Of a stretch of 8,486 nt of DNA, positions 7,601 through 8,486 are shown piece after piece. Numbering within the stretch: position 1 is the stretch's first letter; every line of letters starts with the position of its first letter. This stretch comes from Fonticula alba ATCC 38817 (lineage: Eukaryota; Protista; Nucleariida): the NCBI GenBank assembly GCA_000388065.2, contig KB932233.1; one strand, given 5' to 3'. A program made the position numbers and the translations under genes. Under the pieces are notes generated by a model. It saw only the letters and a program-made list of their open reading frames with translations, ran no database searches and had not been told where the DNA came from.

Positions 7601-8071
7601 ACCCCCGGTGCGGGTGCACGGGTGCCGGAACGGCCGCCAGCATGAGTAATTCACATGGCAGAGCAGTGGAGCTTGGCAAAGTCAGCTCATTTCACAAAGC
7701 CCACCCGGGCGCGCGCGCGCACACACACACATGCATGGAGATGCATCTTTGAAGCACGCACCCACGGCCAGGCGCAGCGGCAGCGCCGGCTCCGCAGTCA
7801 GCGACGGGAGCAGCGACGTCCCGGAGTCGGTGACATTCGACAGGAAGCTCGACCCACCCGAGGGCAGGGAGTTTAGCGTCGGGTGCGTCAGCGGGCTGTC
7901 ACAGTTGGAGGAGTCCGCGATCAGACTCGGCGAAGGGGTGGCCGCATCGATGGACGCCCCGTCGATCACCAGCAGCGGGTTGTCCGGCAGCGAGGAGGAC
8001 AGGCAGGAGCTCGAGTGGTTGGAGCTGCCCGTGCCGATGGGCCGGGATTTCGCTGACATGGGCAGGGACAT
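4588..8071 (-). CDS. PFKFB: Bifunctional 6-phosphofructo-2-kinase/fructose-2,6-bisphosphatase, ~724 aa; complement(join(4588..4657,4880..4938,5068..5223,5354..5422,5619..6658,6748..6892,7156..7261,7357..7576,7762..8071))
   Basis: The spliced product has kinase motifs VVLVGLPARGKS (Walker A), NVGQYRR, IFDATNST, LFIESVC, KTASPDY, DFMQRISYYE. It also has histidine-phosphatase motifs YLTRHGES, VWTSTL, LDELDAG, YRYPEGESYRDV, IVGHQA, IPLHGVLELTP and the tail ESVSTHR. All eight introns are GT-AG with consistent phases; the exons sum to 2175 nt (725 codons). Confidence 0.95.
4755..4778. repeat. (GCA)8 microsatellite in PFKFB intron 8
   Basis: Eight perfect units. Confidence 0.9.
4880..4938 (-). CDS. 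PFKFB: PFKFB exon 8: IPLHGVLELTPTPAGWSENR
   Basis: Acceptor CAG ending 4939; donor GTACGC at 4879 (phase 2). Confidence 0.85.
5068..5223 (-). CDS. PFKFB: PFKFB exon 7: SYRDV...GHQA...MPYIE
   Basis: Branch CTGAC 5247-5243; acceptor CAG ending 5224; donor GTGCGC at 5067. Confidence 0.92.
5354..5422 (-). CDS. PFKFB: PFKFB exon 6: ERYPADFAARDDDKLNYRYPEGE
   Basis: Acceptor TAG ending 5423; donor GTACAT at 5353. Confidence 0.92.
5619..6658 (-). CDS. PFKFB: PFKFB exon 5: end of kinase, inter-domain insert, RHG phosphatase N-half to TYAQVK
   Basis: Acceptor CAG ending 6659; in frame with ORF 5244..6581; RHG at 6014-6006; donor GTATGT at 5618. Confidence 0.88.
6748..6892 (-). CDS. PFKFB: PFKFB exon 4: VLFIESVC...SPDY...RISYYE
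   Basis: Acceptor TAG ending 6893; donor GTACGC at 6747. Confidence 0.92.
7156..7261 (-). CDS. PFKFB: PFKFB exon 3: FLRRGTRHIAIFDATNST...IDAQ
   Basis: Acceptor AAG ending 7262; donor GTGCGC at 7155. Confidence 0.92.
7357..7576 (-). CDS. PFKFB: PFKFB exon 2: P-loop GLPARGKS to ALNDMIE
   Basis: Acceptor TAG ending 7577; donor GTGCGC at 7356. Confidence 0.92.
7709..7737. repeat. (GC)6(AC)5ATGCATG alternating purine-pyrimidine tract in PFKFB intron 1
   Basis: Read directly from the sequence. Confidence 0.85.
7762..8071 (-). CDS. PFKFB: PFKFB exon 1: Ser-rich N-terminal extension ending LRLAV
   Basis: ACC-ATG at 8071, GC3-rich codons, donor GTGCGT at 7761 (phase 1). The start codon is inferred; in-frame ATGs also occur at 8227 and 8059. 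Confidence 0.7.
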
Positions 8072-8486
8072 GGTTGCAAGGCAGGGCGAGAGGAAGGAAG
8101 GAAGGGGGCAGAGATACGGAGCAGGGGGATAGGGGGATATGGGGGGTGGGGGGCGGGAGGGAAGAGGGGACTGTGCCGCGGACCGGGGAGCGAGCGCCCA
8201 GACTGGGGCCTTTTCGGGACAGGTCATGGGCCGGATCCAAGGGGTGCTTGGGTGGTCGGGGTCTTCACTTGGGTCCCCCCGCAGCCCCCACTGGGTCTGG
8301 CGATGCGTGTGTGGAAAGGGCGAGCGTGTTTGTGAGCTATTTTACTGGCTCCTGATCGGTCGTGTCCCCGGGGAGGACCGCCGGCATCCCGAGACAGGGG
8401 TTGGCCGTGGGCCGGTGACACATGCCAATCCCCCGAATTGTGGGCTTGGCCCAAGAGGCCCCTTGCGGCGTCCTCCGGCTGCTTTC

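Noticed and set aside
7672-7686. CTGAC plus AAG acceptor in PFKFB intron 1
   Set aside because: Wrong phase for the 7761 donor; the acceptor at 7577 restores the conserved AVVLVGLPARGK strand.
8072-8227. In-frame upstream ATG at 8227 extending PFKFB by 52 aa
   Set aside because: The extension is a pyrimidine tract with non-coding-like composition, while 8071 has an ACC-ATG context and begins GC3-rich codons; disfavoured but not excluded.
8228-8486. Possible further gene or RNA element at the right edge
   Set aside because: Only short ORFs without motifs, and no tRNA/rRNA/snRNA signature that I can recognise; probably promoter/intergenic.

Overview
GC-rich eukaryotic genomic DNA from a draft assembly, with short GT-AG introns and three N gaps. 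It looks like an opisthokont protist such as Fonticula, but that is inference only. Two convergent spliced genes explain nearly all readable sequence. (1) + strand, 5'-truncated: a CLIP-170/CLIP1 (Bik1/Tip1)-like microtubule plus-end protein, exons 11-96, 242-322, 403-3509. It has the tail of a CAP-Gly domain, a Ser/Pro-rich linker, a very long Ala/Ser/Glu-rich coiled coil of 14/28-aa repeats, two CCHC zinc knuckles and a C-terminal ...VEF. (2) - strand, apparently complete: a 9-exon 6-phosphofructo-2-kinase/fructose-2,6-bisphosphatase (PFKFB), 8071->4588, about 724 aa, with both catalytic motif sets intact and an unusual ~145-aa insert between the domains. A 700-N gap and a (CT)n microsatellite lie between the 3' ends. 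I do not see a new multi-gene system. The points worth following up are the odd CLIP rod, the PFKFB insert and possible alternative C-termini, and two 95-bp duplications around 10-N gaps that are probably assembly artefacts.
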